Counted from the first letter of the stretch, positions 16,801 to 31,543 are shown. The stretch is 64,000 nt of DNA from Eledone cirrhosa (GCA_964016885.1 OZ024748.1:38502001-38566000); one strand, 5' to 3'. Numbers and translations are program-made. The notes: generated by a model not told the origin, from the sequence alone.

Positions 16801-19800
16801 ACACAACTCTAACATAACACAACAACTAACACAATTCTAACATAACACAACAAGTAACACAACTCTAACATAACACAACAACTAACACAACTCTAACATA
16901 AACACAACAACTAACACAATTCTAACATAACACAACAACTAACACAATTCTAACATAACACAACTAACAGAACTCTAACATAACACAACAACTAACACAA
17001 TTCTAACATAACACAACTAACAGAACTCTAACATAACACAACAACTAACACAATTCTAACATAACACAACAACTAACACAACTCTTTAATATAACACAAC
17101 TAACACAATTCTAACATAACACAACAACTAACACAATTCTAACATAACACAACTCTAACATAACACAACAACTAACACAACTCTAACATAACACAACAAC
17201 TAACTCAACTCTAACATAAGACAACAACTAACACAATTCTAACATAAGACAACCACTAACACAATTCTAACATAACACAACAACTAAGACAACTCTAACA
17301 TAACACAACAACTAAGACAACTCTAACATAACACAATTCTAACATAACACAACAATTAACACAACTCTAACACAACACAACAACTAAGACAACTCTAACA
17401 TAACACAACTCTTCAACATAACACAACAACTAACACAATTCTAACATAACACAACAAATAACACAACTCTAACATAAAACAACAACAAACACAATTCTAA
17501 CATAAGACAACAACTAAAACAACTATAACATAACACAACTAACACAATTCTAACATAACACATCTAACACAATTCTAACATAACACAACAACTAACACAA
17601 CTCTAACATAACAACAACTAACACAATTCTAACATAACACAACAACTAAGACAACTCTAACATAACAGAACAACTAAGACAACTCTTTAACATAACACAA
17701 CAACTAACACAATTCTAACATAACACAACTAACACAACTCTAACATAACACAACAACTAAGACAACTCTTTAACATAACACAACAACTAAGACAACTCTA
17801 AAATAACACAACTAACACAACTTTTCAACATAACACAACAACTAACACAATTCCAACATAACACAACAACTAACACAACTCTAACATAACGTAACAACTA
17901 ACACAATTCTAACATTACACAACTAACACAACTCTAACATAACAACTAACACAATTCTAACATAACACAACAACTAACACAATTCTAACATAACACAACT
18001 AACACAACTCTAACATAACACAACAACTAAGACAACTCTAACATAACACAACTAACACAACTCTTTAACATAACACAACAACTAACACAACTCTAACATA
18101 ACACAACAACTAACACAACTCTTTAAAATAACACAACAACTAAGACAACTCTAAAATAACACAACTAACACAACTTTTCAACATAACACAACAACTAACA
18201 CAATTCTAACATAACACAACAACTAACACAACTAACACAATTCTAACATACCACAACAACTAACACAACTCTAACATAACACAACAACTAACACAACTCT
18301 AACAGAACACAACAACTAACACAACTCTTTAACATAACACAACAACTAAGACAACTCTTTAATATAACACAACAACTAATACAATTCTTTAACATAACAC
18401 AACAACTAACACAATTCTATCATAACACAACAACTAACACAACTCTAACATAACACAACAACTAAGACAAGTCTTTAACATAACACAACAACTGACACAA
18501 CTCTTTAACATAACACAACTCCAACATAACACAACAACTAACACAACTCTAACATAACGTAACAACTAACACAATTCTAACATAACACAAATAACACAAC
18601 TCTAACATAACAACTAACACAATTCTAACATAACACAACAACTAACACAATTCTAACATAACACAACAACTGACACAACTCTTTAACATAACACAACTAA
18701 CACAACTCTTTAACATAACACAACTAACACGATTCTAACATAACACAACAACTAACACAACTCTTTAACATAACACAACTAACACAACTCTAACATAACA
18801 CAACAACTAACACAACTCTTTAACATAACACAACAAATAACACAACTCTAACATAACACAACAACTAACACAATTCTTTAACATAACACAACAACTAAGA
18901 CAACTCTTTAATATAACACAACAACTAACACAACTCTTTAACATAACACAACAACTAACACAATTCTAACATAACACAACAACTAACACAACTCTTTAAC
19001 ATAACACAACAACTAACACAACTCTTTAACGTAACACAACAACTAACACAACTCTTTAACATAACACAACAACTAACACAACTCTAACATAACACAACTC
19101 TAACATAACACAACTAACACAATTCTAACATAACACAACTAACACAACTCTAACATAACACAACTAACACAACTCTAACATAACACAATAACTAACAGAA
19201 TTCTAACATAACACGACAACTAACACAACTCTAACATAACACAATTCTAACATACAACTCCAACATAACACAACAACTAACACAATTCTAACATAACACA
19301 ACAACTAACACAACTCTAACATAACACAACAACTAACACAATTCTAACATAACACAACTCTAACATAACACAACTAACACAACTCTAACATAACACAACT
19401 CTAACATAACACAACAACTAACACAACTCTAACATAACAGAACTGTTTAACATAACACAACAACTAACACAACTAACACAATTCTAACATAACACAACTA
19501 ACAGAACTCTAACATAACACAACAACTAACACAATTCTAATATAACACAACAACTAACACAACTCTTTAATATAACACAACTAACACAATTCTAACATAA
19601 CACAACAACTAACACAACTCTAACATAACACAACAACTAACACAACTCTAACATAACACAACAACTAACACAATTCTAACATAACACAACTCTAACATAA
19701 CACAAGAACTAACACAATTATAACATAACACAACTACTAACACAATTCTAACATAACACAACTCTAACATAACACAACAACTAACACAATTCTAACACAA

Positions 19801-22800
19801 CACAACTCTAACATAACACAACAACTAACACAATTCTAACATAACACAACAACTAACACAATTCTAACATGACACAACAACTAACAGAACAAGTAACATA
19901 ACACAACAAGTAACACAACTCTAACATAACACAAAAACTAACACAACTCTAACATAACACAACTAACACAATTCTAACATAAGACAACAACTAAAACAAC
20001 TTTAACATAACACAAACACTAACACAACTCTAACATAACACAACTAACACAATTCTAACATAACACAACAACTAACACGATTCTAACATAACACAAAAAC
20101 TAACACAACTCTAACATAACACGACTAACACAATTCTAACATAACACAACAACTAACACAACTCTAACATAACAACAACTAACACAATTCTAACATAACA
20201 CAACAACTAACACAATTCTAACATAACACAACTAAGACAACTCTAACATAACACAACAACTAAGACAACTCTTTAACATAACACAACAACTGACACAGCT
20301 CTTTAACATAACACCACAACTAACACAATTCTAACATAACACAACAACTAACACAACTCTAACACAACTCTTTAATATAACACAACTAACACAATTCTAA
20401 CATAACACAACTCTAACATAACAACAACTAACACAACTCTAACATAACACAACAACTAACACAATTCTAACATAACAGAACTCTAACATAACACAAGAAC
20501 TAACACAATTATAACATAACACAACTACTAACACAATTCTAACATAACACAACTCTAACATAACACAACAACTAACACAACACAACAACTAACACAACTC
20601 TAACATAACACAACAACTAACACAATTCTACCATAACACAACAACTAACACAATTCTAACATGACACAACAACTAACAGAACAAGTAACATAACACAACA
20701 AGTAACACAACTCTAACATAACACAGCTAACACAACTCTAACATAACACAACAAATAACACAACTCTAATATAACCCAACAACTAACACAACTCTAACAT
20801 AACACAACTCTTTAACATAACACAACAACTAACACAACTAACACAATTCTAACATAACACAACAACTAACACAATTCTAACATAACACAACAACTAACAC
20901 AACTCTTTAATATAACACAACTAACACAATTCTAACATAACACAACAACTAACACAACTCTAACATAACACAACTCTAACATAACACAACAACTAACACA
21001 ACTCTAGCATAACATAACAACTAACACAATTCTAACATAACACAACTAACACAACTCTAACATAACACAACTAACACAATTCTAAGATAACACAACTAAC
21101 ACAACTAACACAACTCTAACATAACACAACAACTAACACAACTCTAACATAACACAACTAACACAATTCTAACATAACACAACAACTAACACAATTCTAA
21201 CATGACACAACAACTAACAGAACAAGTAACATAACACAACTCTAACATAACACAACTAACACAACTCTAACATAACACAACAAATAACACAACAACTAAC
21301 ACAACTCTAACATAACACAACTCTTTAACATAACACAACAACTAACACTACTAACACAATTCTAACATAACACAACTAACAGAACTCTAACATAACACAA
21401 CTAACACAACTCTAACATACAACTCCAACATAACACAACAACTAACACAATTCTAACAGAACACAACAACTAACACAACTCTTTAACATAACACAACAAC
21501 TAACACAATTCTAACATAACACAACTCTAACATAACACAACTAACACAATTCTAACATAACACAACAACTAACACAATTCTAACATAACACAACAACTAA
21601 CACAACTCTAACATAACACAACAACTAACACAACTCTAACATAACACCACAACTAACACAATTCTAACATAACACAACAACTAATACAACTCTAACATAA
21701 CACAACAACTAAGACAACTCTAACATAACACAACTAACACAACTCTTTAACATAACACAACAATTAACACAATTCTAACATAACACAACAACTAACACAA
21801 TTCTAACATAACACAACAACTAACACAACTCTAACATAACACAACAACTAACACAACTCTAACATAACACAACAACTAACACAATTCTAACATAACACAA
21901 CAACTAACACAATTCTAACATAACACAACTAACAGAACTCTAACATAACACAACAACTAACACAATTCTAACATAACACAACTAACAGAACTCTAACATA
22001 ACACAACAACTAACACAATTCTAACATAACACAACAACTAACACAACTCTTTAATATAACACAACTAACACAATTCTAACATAACACAATTCTAACATAA
22101 CACAACTCTAACATAACACAACAACTAAGACAACTCTAACATAACACAACAACTAACACAATTCTAACATAACACAACAACTAACACAATTCTAACACAA
22201 CTCTTTAACATAACACAACAACTAACACAATTCTAACATAACACAACAACTAACACAACTCTCACATAACACAACTCTAACATAACACAACAACTAACAC
22301 AATTCTAACATAACACAACAACTAACACAATTCTATCATAACACAACAACTAACACAATTCTAACACAACACAACAACTAACACAACTCTAACATAACAC
22401 AACAACTAACACAATTCTAACATAACACAACAACTAACACAATTCTAACATAACACAACAACTAACACAACTCTAACATAACACAACAACTAACACAACT
22501 CTAACATACAACTCCAACATAACACAACAACTAACACAATTCTAACAGAACACAACAACTAACACAACTCTTTAACATAACACAACAACTAACACAATTC
22601 TAACATAACACAACAACTAACACAATTCTAATATAACACAACAACTAACACAATTCTAACATAACACAACAACTAACACAACTCTAACATAACACAACAA
22701 CTAAGACAACTCTAACATAACACAACAACTAACAGAATTCTAACATAACACAACTCTAACATAACACAACAACTAACACAATTCTAACATAACACAACAA

Positions 22801-23732
22801 CTAAGACAACTCTAACATAACACAACAACTAACACAATTCTAACATAACACAACTCTATCATAACACAACTCTAACATAACACAACAACTAACACAACTC
22901 TAACATAACACAACTGTAACATAACACAACTCTTTAACATAACACAACAACTAACACAACTAACACAACTCTAACATAACACAACAACTAACACAACTCT
23001 AACATAACACAACAACTAACACAATTCTAACATAACACAATTATAACATAACACAACAACTAACACAATTATAACATAACACAACAACTAACACAACTCT
23101 AACATAACACAACAACTAACACAATTCTAACATAACACAACTCTTTAATATAACACAACTAACACAATTCTAACATAACACAACTCTTTAACATAACACA
23201 ACAACTAACACAACTCTCACATAACACAACAACTAACACAACTCTAACATAACACAACAACTAACACAATTCTAACATAACAGAACAACTAACACAACTC
23301 TTTAACTTAACACAACAACTAACACAACTCTAACATAACACAACAACTAACACAATTCTAACATAATACAACAACTAACACAACTCTAACATAACAAAAC
23401 TAACACAACTCTAACATAACACATGTGATAAACATGAAATTATGAATGCTGGAAAATAAAGACAAAATGTGTATAATGTAAATACAAGCCTCCTCTACGT
23501 TACGGAATTCCACAATTATAGAAATTATAAAGAAGGTCCAGTAATTTCGGGATACATTCTGTAACATGGTTCTTTATGAGACTCGGGTAAATTTTCACAT
23601 TTTAAAAGCTAAGCTTTGTTCTTAGCCTAAAGATGGTTTTCGTAAAGTACAATTAATAATTAAAAAATCTAAAACATCTATGTACACACCCACCCATACA
23701 TACACATGTGTGTATGTATGTACGGCTTTTAT

Positions 23733-24355
23733 TCTGAGTTCAAATCCCGCCGAGGTTAACTTTGCCTTTCATCCTTACAGGGTTCGATAAAATAAAGTAC
23801 CAGTACCGTACTGAATATTGCTGGCCTTGTTCCAAAAGTAGAACATTAGTGTCGGATGCCATGCTTTGGCGCATAGAGTTACGGCCCTTGCCAGTCTGAG
23901 TTCAAATCGCGCCGAGGTTAACTTTGCCTTTCATCCTTACGGGGTCGATAAGATAAAGTACCAGTAATACACTGGTTAATTGCTGCCCTTGTGCCTAACG
24001 TAGAAACAATTATTATGTTGATAGAGTTACGCCCCTTGCCAGTCTGAGTTCAAATCCCGCCGAGGTTAACTTTGCCTTTCATCCTTACGGGGTCGATAAA
24101 ATAAAGTACCAGTAATGTACTGGGTATTTGCTGGCCTTGTGCCAAAAGTAGAAACAATTATTATGTTGATAGTCAATACGAAACTGGTTGAGTATATGTG
24201 TATAGGTGTGACGTCCGAACGAGTATCCACCACCTCCAACTCACCCTTCGTTTCAGCTCTCCGTTCAAATCCCGCCGAGGTCAACTTTGCCTTTCATCTA
24301 TTCGAGATCGACAAAAAAAAAAAAAAAACCCAAAAACCAGTCCAGTACTGGGGTC
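23733..24355 (+). mobile_element. Tandem cluster of 5'-truncated SINE copies
   Basis: Four successive GTTCAAATC(C/G)CGCCGAGGT(T/C)AACTTTGCCTTTCATC units. Two share the 3' flank ACAATTATTATGTTGATAG. Confidence 0.85.
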
Positions 24356-24940
24356 AATATTTCCTCAAATTCTCTTTCATCTCTTTCTCACTTTCATTCT
24401 CTAACTCTCTCTCTCACTCTCTATCCTTCTCTGGAAGAAATCTGTTGTATTCAGACCAGGAGATGGACATGCCCCGCCAGGTTTTAAAATGCCCTAGAAA
24501 CGCCGTATCACAATACCAATAGAGGGAGGGTCGATTCCTAACACAGAAACAAGACTTTCCCCACAGGATTTTAGACAATATCAACAAGGTAATTATAACT
24601 GTATGTATGAACGTAAGTACGAATGCATGTAAGTATGTATGTGAATACATCTGTGTGTATATGCGTGAGTGTATCTATCTCTGTGCGTGTGTTTGTATAA
24701 TTTCAAGACAATTTTTCAATGTAATTCAATTCATTTATTTCGTCCAGAACATAGACAAAGAAATGGAAGACTCACTGCATAGACAAAGAAATGGAAGACT
24801 AAAGCATTTTTGGTTACGGCTGAGGAAAGAGGTCAAGATTTGGTGTAAATGGGTCAAGGACACCTCGTACATTACTGAAACAACACTAAAAAACAACAAA
24901 AATGATTATTCTTTGTTACTACTACTACTAATAATAATAA

Positions 24941-25114
24941 TTGTTTCTACCTTTGGCACAAGGCCAGCAATTATCCAGTACATTACTGGTACTTTATTTT
25001 ATCGACCCCGCAAGGATGAAAGGCAAAGTCAACCTCAGCGGGATTTGAACGGGGACGTAACTATGCTGGAAAGCATGGCGTCCGACCCTCTACCGATACT
25101 GCCAATCCACCGCC
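24941..25114 (-). mobile_element. tRNA-derived SINE flanking the LINE 3' end
   Basis: Same core and A/B boxes as the other copies. Confidence 0.88.
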
Positions 25115-25406
25115 TACTAATAATAATAATGATTTCATTTATTAGCCACAAGGGCCGACATGTAGGGGACAATACAAAGACAGGGACAGTGGGGGTTTAC
25201 AATAAGGTCGAGTAAAAGTGCACAATGGCAAGACTAATTTAACAATGAAAATATAAAAATATTAAATAAACTATGCATAAATATAACAAAATAAATTCCC
25301 TGATAGGGGGTGGACGACCCTGGGGTGATTCGGGTACCCCACCAATCCTGAACCACCCTGCACTTCTAGGGCACCCAGGGAGAGCACCCCTCTCAAGTTA
25401 GCTAGC

Positions 25407-28400
25407 CTATAGGCGCATGGTCAGAGTAGGCCCATTCACACGAGCCATTCTCGCCACATTCACCCACCTTTTAGCAAATGTACTGGGGGGCAGCACTTCT
25501 CTCTCCACCCTCACCTTCCTTTCCAGGTGAAACTTGAAGAAGTTGATGAGGGATTGGCCGAAGAGAAAAGTGTCTGTCTTTAGTCCTTTCAACCTGGTGC
25601 ACCATATAATCTCTTTCGCAACTGCCACCAGACAGAGGAAAATTTCCTGCTCTTCCTGACCTAAGGAAGGCGGTGGATCGATCTTCACTATGGACTCGGC
25701 CGATAGCCGGATTCGTTCCACACGCGAAAGTAGCTGTTCGACATAACTCCACAAGTCAGTAATGCACGAACATTGGACAAGTGCGTGCAGAACGGTTCCG
25801 TCGTTCTGTGCACATCTTGGGCAGGTCCATCTGACAGCACTTCCGTGCCTGTAGAGTTTATCCCGAACCGGCAGTGCCAAGCGAGGGATTTCTGGAAATT
25901 GTCCATCGTCCCCGGCTCAAAAGTCCTCCGGTACAGACTGGTCAGTTCGACTTCGTCGAGGCCCAAAGCTTCTCCGAGTGCGTCATCGCACTTGCCCACC
26001 ACTAATCCTCTATAGAACTCGAGAGTGGAAGTTCCACTAATCGCATTGCCCGCTTGGTAGAGGGCAGGGAGTGCCTGGAAACATTCCAGGTGCCAGTCAC
26101 CCAGTCTCGGTCTCTTCTTGACCCAGGACTGCAGCTCAGTCAAAGAAATGAGCTGCGGAAAGGCCCGTCTGATAAACGGCGACCACACCTGTTCACCGTT
26201 GAGGCAGAATATCTGGAGATGTCGCAACCTCAACGCATGTCTGCGCATCATTAGCCACGGCATGCCCAGCCCTCCGCGTAGAGGGTGCTGGCAGCAGATG
26301 GACCGCCTCACCAACGGAACTTGTCCCCTCCACAAGAATTTGAAGAGGAGCCGTTCCAACTTGACGAGGCGCGGACAGGGGCAAGGCACGACGGTGAGGC
26401 GGTAGTAGATGACGGACGCGATGTACGCATTCGCCACCTCCGCGCGACCTTTCAGTGATAGCTTCCTCCCAGCCCATTTTTGGGTGAGACTGGCTACTCT
26501 GCTCGTTACCTCATCCCAATTCTTTTCCACCTGGAGGTCTGGTCCGAACCAAACCCCGAGCAACTTTACCGGTCCGTCCGTCCAGCGCCCCACAACGCTG
26601 TTGGATGGCATGGGCTTGCCTCTCCAGGTTCCGAGCTGCAAGCCCACCGACTTTTCCGGGTTAAGTTTGGCTCCTGTCAACCTTTCATATTCCTTCAATA
26701 AGGTGCCGACCACCTCGATTTATGAGGTGTTCGACACCATCACGGTGATGTCGTCAGCATAAGCCGACACCGCCTTTCCACGTCCCGGTTCGAGCGGGAT
26801 GCCCTGCAACAGCTCCAGCTTCTGCAGTAAAGGCTCGAGAGTCAATACGTACAGAAGGGAAGAGAGAGGGCACCCTTGATGGACCGATCGGGAGAGCCGA
26901 AATGGTTCCGAGAGGTGGCCATTAACCTTGACCACCGAGCGTGTGCCGCTGTGCATTGCAACGATCCAGCTTCTAAAGACAGGGCCGAAGCCAGCTGCTT
27001 TGAGGACAAACTCCAGATACCGATGGTCGACCCTATCGAATGCTTTTGATTGATCTAAATTGATCAGTGCCCCACCGAAGCCAGGTTTACACCCTACCCT
27101 CTCTATGATGTATCGCATGAGGTGGAGATTGTCGTGTATGGACCTGGCTGGGATTGCGCAAGTTTGCGCCTCCCCAACCAAATCCTCGACGACAAGCGCC
27201 AATCTCTTTGCTAACACCTTGGCCAAAATCTTAAACTCTGTGTTGAGCAGAGTTATGGGCCTGAAGTTGTCTAATGTATCCCTCTTGTTCTCATCTTTCC
27301 TTATCAGCGTCACCACTCCCCTGCTCACAGAACTGGGAATACTCCCATTCTGCTGCCAGTTGCAGTAGAGTGCTTCGAGGAGTTCGGAGAACAAGTCTGG
27401 CATATTTACGTAAAGCTCGTAGGGCAGGCCATCCAAACCGGGTGACTTGTGCCTCATGCAGCCGACAAGGGCGTCCTGAATTTCGGATGAAGTAATCGGC
27501 CTTTCGCAGCGCTCAGCGTCGACCGTCGAGATGCGCGGCAAGCCGTCAAGGTAGGGACTGAAATCCGCTACTCTCTCTGACTCGCCACTCTCCCTGAACA
27601 ACCGAGCAAAGTGCTGGCGAAAGGCCTCACACATCCGCTTGGAATCGCTTATCTCGTGTCCATCTCGGTCCGCCAAAGACCGAATTGTGGTTTCATTACC
27701 ACGCTGCGCCTCCGCCACGCGGGCCCATCGAACAGCTTTAGTTCCCTCGTTTCTCAGCGCATGCGCCTTAGCTCTGACAATGCAACCTTCGTGTTTCGCA
27801 TTGAAGAAATGGTCTAATACCATTCTCGCCGCTAGCACGTCAGTTGCGATGCCACTACAAATAACCTCGTCTAACTTATCTACCAGCTCCCCCCCCCTTT
27901 CTATTTTTCTCTAACGCTAGTTCTTTGCTGAACTCTATCGAAGTTACTCTAATCTCTCTTTTGAGAGCCACCCACCATCTGTTGTTGATGATGCCCCCTG
28001 TCAACTTTTGCTTAACTAAATTGTTGACTCGGTCCCTGTAAGCCTTACGTGCCGGAAATGACATGTTCAGCTTCCAGTAACCCGGTCCTAACCTACACGT
28101 TTTATTTAGGCCGACCGTACAGATCAAAAATTTGTGATCTGAATAGGCGACCGTTTTAAAAAGTGGACAGCCCACACTATTTCTATCTATTTTCCTAATG
28201 AAGATCCTGTCTATATACGATCTAGATGACCCCATTCGGTTGGTCCATGTCCATACTGGCACATTGGGGAAATCTAGTCGATACCTGTCAGACAGTTGGA
28301 ACTGGCTGAGTAGGTGCTTGAGGCTTTTGCACCCCCCGCTCCTATCGGCTACTCCCATACAATCCCAGCGTGCGTCTAAGATGCCATTTCAGTCCCCCGC

Positions 28401-28814
28401 TAACAGTAAAGGGCGAGACGTACCCAGAAAGGTCTCCAGGCGCCTAAAGAAGTCAGGTCGTCCGGCCCCTGTAGGGGCGTAGACGGCCAGCACTCTAAAG
28501 GCACCACCTTCGCTACTGCTCACATCCAAGACCACCAACTTACCGTCCGGGTCCCGGAAGATCGACCTTACCTGAAGATCCAGTCCTTTCCTAAACAGCA
28601 CTGCCACCCCACCCCCCATTCCCGGCCTGCTAACAGATGCGAAGATTTCATAGTCGTCGAAAATGGGGGCTAGTGCGCGCGTGTTGGAAATTCTGGTCTC
28701 GCTTATGGCAATCACATCCATTTCCAGCGACCGGAGGTCGTTGAGCAGGCGACCCTGCTTCCAGGGTGACCCCAGGCCGCGAACATTTAAACTTCCTACT
28801 CTTAATATGGCCAT
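25407..28814 (-). pseudogene. LINE ORF2 (AP endonuclease - reverse transcriptase - zinc finger), disrupted
   Basis: N-terminal SLNVRGL, ISETR, VYAP, AGD*N (TGA at 28389-28391), SYIDRI, SDHK; RT motifs KSPGLDG, FRPITLLN, DQSKAFDRV, QGCPLS, YADD; in-frame stop at 26720-26722; frameshifts near 28350, 27890 and 25880; C-terminal CPRC..H..C. Confidence 0.93.
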
Positions 28815-28845
28815 ATTGGTAAGCTAAGAGAGAGAGAGGGAAGGT

Positions 28846-30770
28846 TTACTTACCTCCCGGGTCTTGTGAAGGTCGGGTGGTTCGACCCCCATGGTTGGTG
28901 GGGTTTCTTTTGGGAACCCCTTTAAAAGTCTTGATGTGGGTTTCACATTCGGGGTTCCCACGTCTTGAGGAAAGCTCTCTCAAATTTCTTTGAAAGAATT
29001 GAGTGACATTCGGACCAGAAGCAAATCTTCTGGCACACAAAATGTGCTCATTTCAAAATCTCCCCCTCTGTTTGAATGTCCTCGCTTCGCGCTAAGAGGG
29101 CCATCAGTTTATCGTTGGCCCTTCTGACAAACACGAAGTTTTTAACATTTTGTTGGTGTGGTTTTATTTGTTTTCGTTTTGGTGACTGTGGTGGCGATGG
29201 TTTTGGTGGTGTTGTTTCGGGTATGTCTATGTTTGTTGTAGGTGTAGTGTCTGCAATTTCAGGTATTTGTGTGTTTATTTGTACTTGTGTTTGTTTAGGT
29301 TGTTTGCGTTTCGGGGATTGTGGAGGTGCTGTCGATGTTGCTGTTGGTGATGATGTTATTGGGGAAGTGTTTGCGTTAGTGGTGTCTGTATTTTTTGTTG
29401 TGTATGTTTTTGTGTTTTGTTGGGGCTTTTATTTTATAAGTTTTCTGTTTTTTTGCACTTTTGAGTTTTCCTTCATCTTCGCTGCTGGAAGACAAAGGGT
29501 CTGTGTCTGTGAGTGTCTCTGTGTCTGTGTGTGCGTTTATTGTTTTGTCTATGTGTATAATTGGGGGGGGGGTAGGGGGAGTGGGAGAGCTTTCCTTGTT
29601 TTCTCCTTAGATTGGTTTTGGTGTTGGTGGTGTTCCGGCTGCTTTTGATGTTGGTGTCCGTGTTTTTGTTGGTGTCGTTTTTGTTTTTGGTGGTGGTGGT
29701 GGTGGTGCAGCTTTCTGTGCTGACACTGGCGTTGGCAACAAAGGAGGTTTGCGACCCCCTGCATTTTTGCGCTGAGGGCAGAAGGCTTGAAGATGCGTTG
29801 CTTCCCCGCAGACGAAGCAGCGTGGCCTTCTTCCGTCAATGATTAGTTGGATTGTTGTCCCGTCCTACAGGCGGGCAAAATCCGAGATGTTATTCATATC
29901 CATTCCGGACCAGTCTTCTCTCTCTGTCCTTTTGATATCCAGGAGGGTAGTGTCTGTCCCCTCCTCGATTACGCATCCTGGCAGCCACCATATGTTCATT
30001 CCTGGTGGGATGCTGGGAATGCGTACCTTTACTGTCCTTTTACCCATGTAGGACGGATGCATGATAATGCGTTCCGTTCTGCAGGGGGTCACCGAGTGCT
30101 TAATAGCGAGGGCCTCGGTTTTGAACAGTACCGAGATGGTACCGAACTGTTTGCCTCTTGCTTTGTACTCTATGTTACTTCCGATGTACTCCAAAGCAGC
30201 CTCTACCTTTGCTTGGCTCGCAAGTTCCACTTTTCGTGTCTGCACCGAAATACATCGAAAGAACACCGTCCTCCTTTGGATGGCCGCTATTGCCTCATCC
30301 GGGATGGTCAGGTTTGCCCAGGACTTCTCCCGTTTAATTAGCCTCCACGCTTTGGCCAAATGTTCGTCTTTATCGCTAATATCAATATCAATATTCAATA
30401 AGCGCTTTGTTTTTACTGCTGCTGCAGCAAATGTGGTGTTTCTGATGCTCTTATTGTTGGTGTTGTCATTCTTGCTGTTGTTATTGGTGTTGCCACCGCC
30501 ATCCGTGTTTACATTGAAGCTGTCGGTGTTATTGTCGTTATTGCTCTGAGTTGTTGTTGTGGTGGCGGTGGTAGTGGTGATGTCGTTTTCAGATGATACT
30601 GCTGCTATCACAGAAGTTTGTGATGGTAGCTTTTGAGTTTTGCCTTCACATTCAGTAGAGTGGATGACAGGCATGACTGTAGCCGTCGTAGTCGTGGTGA
30701 AATCTACAGTGGCTGCCTTTAAACTTTTGACCTGAACGTTGTTTACCGTTTCAAGGTCGAAAATTTCCAT
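28846..30770 (-). pseudogene. LINE ORF1 (nucleic-acid chaperone with zinc knuckle), disrupted
   Basis: ORF 30770-29865 stops at TAG. The same frame continues DGTTIQLIIDGRRPRCFVCGEATHLQAFC (CX2CX4HX4C), then a Pro/Thr/Lys-rich tract with further stops. 3' boundary is approximate. Confidence 0.8.
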
Positions 30771-31017
30771 AATTTGGGGAAGCGATTTTTTTTCGAAGTT
30801 TTTAAAAATAAATCTGAATATTCGGGCTTAAAGCCCGAATATTGAGAGGTATCCCTCTCTTTAAATCAAGATGTGTACCTTAAGTTTCGTTAACGACAAG
30901 AAAATACAAAAAATGACACTTTAAAACAGCTTAAAGTTACGAACCTTTTCCCCCGCAGATTTGTACTGTCTTCACACATGTGCGGCCAAACATAATAATA
31001 ATAAGAAGAAAGAAGAA

Positions 31018-31108
31018 TGTTTCTACTTTTGGCACAAGGCCAGCAATTACCCCAGTATATTACTGGTACTTTATTTTATCGACCGCGTAAGGATGAAAGG
31101 CAAAGTTA
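31018..31108 (-). mobile_element. Partial SINE (3' half) flanking the LINE 5' end
   Basis: TGTTTCTACTTTTGGCACAAGGCCAGC...GGATGAAAGGCAAAGTTAA. Confidence 0.85.
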
Positions 31109-31543
31109 ATAATTGTGAGGTGGGGGTTTAGTCTAGGTTTATTACTTAGATCTGAGTTTGAGGTTTTTGTTGATTAAATATCAAATATTTGGTTGTAGTT
31201 GATGTTGGTTTAAACATTATATATTATGTAAGAGAGTAATTAGACATGTCATGTACACCTACGAATTTATAATACACAGCATTGCCGAATATTTTAGAAA
31301 TTAATTCACTTCGCAGTCATTAGAACTTGGGTGAGATTCCATTACGGGGAATCTTGCGTAAATATCATTTAACATAGGCTTGGGTCAACCCATGACTTAT
31401 GGGTGATAAACGGAATTCACACACTGTCTCTCTCTCTCTCTCTCTCACTGATGTTCTCCCTAACTCTCTCTCTGATTCACTCTCCCAAAATTATGTTAAC
31501 GGTACATGTGTATATGAAGTGCTGCTCGGACACTTACAGGCTG

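Larger units (their letters stand above)
1..23423. repeat. Large satellite array, modular 25-30 bp monomer (consensus about TAACATAACACAACAACTAACACAACTC), with kb-scale higher-order duplications
   Basis: Continuous TAACA / TAACACAAC(AAC) / TAACACAA(C/T)TC(TT) modules. The + strand is nearly devoid of G. Diagnostic variant blocks recur. Array runs off the left edge of the window. Confidence 0.97.
25131..30991 (-). mobile_element. Full-length, decayed Tx1/L1-clade non-LTR retrotransposon (about 5.9 kb)
   Basis: ORF1 with CCHC knuckle; ORF2 with APE endonuclease, RT and C-terminal Cys motif; 3' AATAAA next to (ATT)n; (TAA)n on both flanks. Confidence 0.93.

Noticed and set aside
24066-25215. 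ORFs of 66-202 aa
   Set aside because: They run through SINEs and microsatellites and have low-complexity translations
29865-29867. Programmed read-through of the ORF1 TAG before the zinc knuckle
   Set aside because: The element has several other stops and frameshifts, so simple decay is more parsimonious
25773-30549. Plus-strand ORFs overlapping the LINE
   Set aside because: Antisense shadows of ORF1/ORF2 with no recognisable motifs
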